Shown piece by piece: positions 61,198-64,000 of a stretch of DNA of 64,000 nt. The notes beneath the pieces are model-generated. The model saw only the letters and a program-made list of their open reading frames with translations, had not been told where the DNA came from and made no database searches. Made by a program: the position numbers and the translations under genes. Each line of letters starts with the position of its first letter. Within the stretch, counting starts at the first letter, position 1. This DNA is from Ophelia neglecta (Eukaryota): positions 65,162,001-65,226,000 of the forward strand of contig OZ260662.1 in the NCBI GenBank assembly GCA_965285935.1. Direction: 5' to 3'.

Positions 61198-64000
61198 GTC
61201 GCTGTCCTTGGTAACCCTCCAACACTTAAGTCAGTTCGAAAAAAAACTTAAACCAATATCCCACAAATATGTTTACCCTCTGCAATAGAGATGAGACCGG
61301 GGGTAAATATTTTGTTCTAGTGTATTTGATCCATGTCTGCTGTGTGGCAATCCTTCAATCAGTACCAACCAACCGTGAATATAGTACGTCACCAGTCTAC
61401 GCCTGTCACCTTTCAAGGTATTCGTCTACTGAAAACTTCAGGCTGTTCTAAGCAGAACGGCGAGAACAAACATACCGGTGCAGTTTGGGAGGAGTACTAA
61501 CTATGAAATATGTTTCATCTCTGACTTGATATTTTAAATTTTTATTTTTATATTTTTCATTGTGATTATATATCTTATATATCTAATAATTATTGAAATC
61601 GAGGCAGGATATATTTTCTCATTTTAGGCGGGGCCATATAGGGCTTTTTAAACCTACAGCGTAAATCCAAGCCACATTTTCAATTTTTGGGTTTTTTGCA
61701 ATTTCAAATGTAATTGTGACTGGGACTCGAACCCACAAGGATTGGCTTGAAGTATAAACAAATGCGGGATTTATTAATGTTCAAAATGAGCATGTTCTAA
61801 TCAGCGTGGTTATCGTTATGTGTTAGTAATGATGCCGACCACGTGACGTTCCTCTTTGCAAACACCCTGTTTTGAGAGAGGCTTTGTGAAATGAATTGTT
61901 ATGCCGCATGGCTTCTAGCATCTCCCGGTGGAATGTTATTTTTCCGTTTCTTTTCTATCTGACGGTCGGTGGCATGTTATTGTTCACATTATCATTAAGC
62001 CCTTGACGACCTCCTGGCTTAATACTCGCTTGGAAAGCATGTCAGCCAAGCATGACCTGCAATGATATTTACCAGTAAAATATTTATGTTTTTTAAAATT
62101 TTTACCATTGTTGAATAGACCGACTATCAATTATCAATCTCTAAATTGAATAGTCACCGCAAAAACAAAAAACAAACACAAGGCCATTTAACACAATATT
62201 ATTGCGTCTCGTTTCTAATATAGGTATCATAAGCGGTGAATCCCGTATCTATAGCTACTGAAACACACACAATACCATGGAAAGAAATTTATTTTGTTTA
62301 CCTTTGTGTTTATAGAAACCAACAACGCTGTGGCTATAATAAGTATTTCGACAGCTTGGTTTAGATAATTATACACATTATATGAAGGAAATTGACATTA
62401 ATCATCGCACAGGATTACGGACATTTAAACAACCCGGCCACGATAAGACCTGAGTCTATAGATGTTCGAGCACCATCCAAATGAGGCATTACGGGAGTGG
62501 GGAGAGGGGGGGGGGAGGGCAACCCTAATCAAGGCCAGACAAATATAAGTATGCAGGACCATGATATCACAGTGCAATGCTTCAGTCAAATACTTCTAAA
62601 TTCTACCATCAAGCAAGTTGAAAGGAATAACTTGTTTTTTCATAATTTTTCTTCTTGAAATTACTGTTATGGTTTCTACGTTTGTCAGCGAAATCGGAAA
62701 TTCTTTTAGTACTAGTAGGCCTTTTCATTTTATGGTTATCTGCTTCTGAATCATCTCATCCTTTAATGTCGTGGCATCTTGTTTGGAATTTCTTCAAGCA
62801 CGTTATTCTCACCTTGACTAAGGTAATATAATGATTATGTTACCTTTATGATGCTGGAAGTAATGAAATTCCTTGTAGCGAAAAGGCAACAAATTCAAAA
62901 CAAATGTTTCATAAATCTATGCCAAAGTCGATGAGTCATCATAAGCTTTTATTCGTGGAATATCTCATGTACAAAATGTTAATTCATACCTCCAAAATTC
63001 TTTTAAATTATCAAGATAAAGTGAAAGGTGACATAATGATATGAAGCGTTAGTTTATAACCGTCAGAAAGGAATGCATCAAAGGTGACAGAGGTACAAAA
63101 TCCCAGGGGCACGACTTTTTATCTTAGTGACATCTAACCTCAATCCGAAGGCTGGACGACTTTAATGGACGAATCGTCTTTTTTTTTGCTAGATATCAAG
63201 CACTAACAAATTTGAGTGTTGTTTCATAACATTTTGACTGTTTTAAACAGGACGTGGTCGTTCAAAAGAAAGAGAGACACCGACACTGGAATCGTACAAC
63301 TAACTTCAACATTTTGATCAGGATTATTTCGTAAAATTACAGTCGCCACTACATTTGTTGCTCAAGATTTTAACGATGTTTGTTACAATCATGGAGAAAC
63401 CAAATATGATAAAGTATACATGAAATAGGTTGTAAGAATCCATCGTGTAAAAGGGACATTTCACTGACATTTCATCTCGATTAACCGAATTAAACCAGGC
63501 AATTCCAGCAGCACAATAAATAACATAATATTTTCTTGCTATCAGCTCAAAATCGCAACTTATTTAAAGGTTACTTTACCAAAGTGAAACCGATTAACAA
63601 ATATAGCCTGCACACAAAATAGTACAATCTTTAAAATGTACTAGATAGAAGATGTAACCCCTAAAAGTGTGATTCTTAGCCGTAGCATCTTTATATAAAC
63701 CTTAATTCATCTTGTAAACAAATACTTTGGAAATTAGTGTCAATTTATTAGTTTTCTTTTCGAACTGAGAACATTCATCTTCGGTGAATGAAACATGCAA
63801 TTTGGCTACACACTATGCATATTCTCAAATTGCGTCTTTTTGATAAAGGCATAATTGAAGTTCTTTTACAAATCTAATCTGGCCGTGAATATCTGAAATA
63901 GTTTAACGCTTGGGGGATTCTTTTAAAAACGATGTCCAACGCGTGGTCAAAAAATGTGGCGGTTAGTCATGCAGCCGATAAGTATTTGATATAGGTCCTA

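Noticed and set aside
61722-61738. Isolated Pol III B-box (GGGTTCGAGTCCC, minus strand)
   Set aside because: No convincing A-box or cloverleaf; at most a SINE scrap.

Overview
AT-rich eukaryotic (animal, probably marine invertebrate) genomic DNA with spliceosomal introns. The main content is a tandem, head-to-tail cluster of three paralogous minus-strand genes for secreted VWA/EGF proteins, reconstructed here exon by exon from splice sites and reading-frame phase. Gene C spans 44524..32519 (13 coding exons, about 1105 aa) and gene B spans 19891..11839 (15 coding exons, about 1109 aa). Gene A starts at 6161 and runs off the left edge; 7 exons are visible. B and C share the architecture signal peptide - short propeptide ending in a furin site (RxKR) - VWA1-VWA2-EGF-VWA3-EGF-VWA4-EGF-VWA5 - stop, with no collagen helix, coiled coil or membrane anchor. 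Gene A matches this as far as it is visible (into VWA2). Domain-boundary introns (all phase 1) are shared, but none of the 15 visible intra-domain introns is shared between paralogues, and one is a GC-AG intron. The rest is intergenic or intronic: L2 LINE 3' fragments, a foldback MITE-like palindrome, a tRNA-like SINE head, minisatellites and about 19 kb with no credible coding sequence upstream of gene C. All gene models are manual and lack transcript support.
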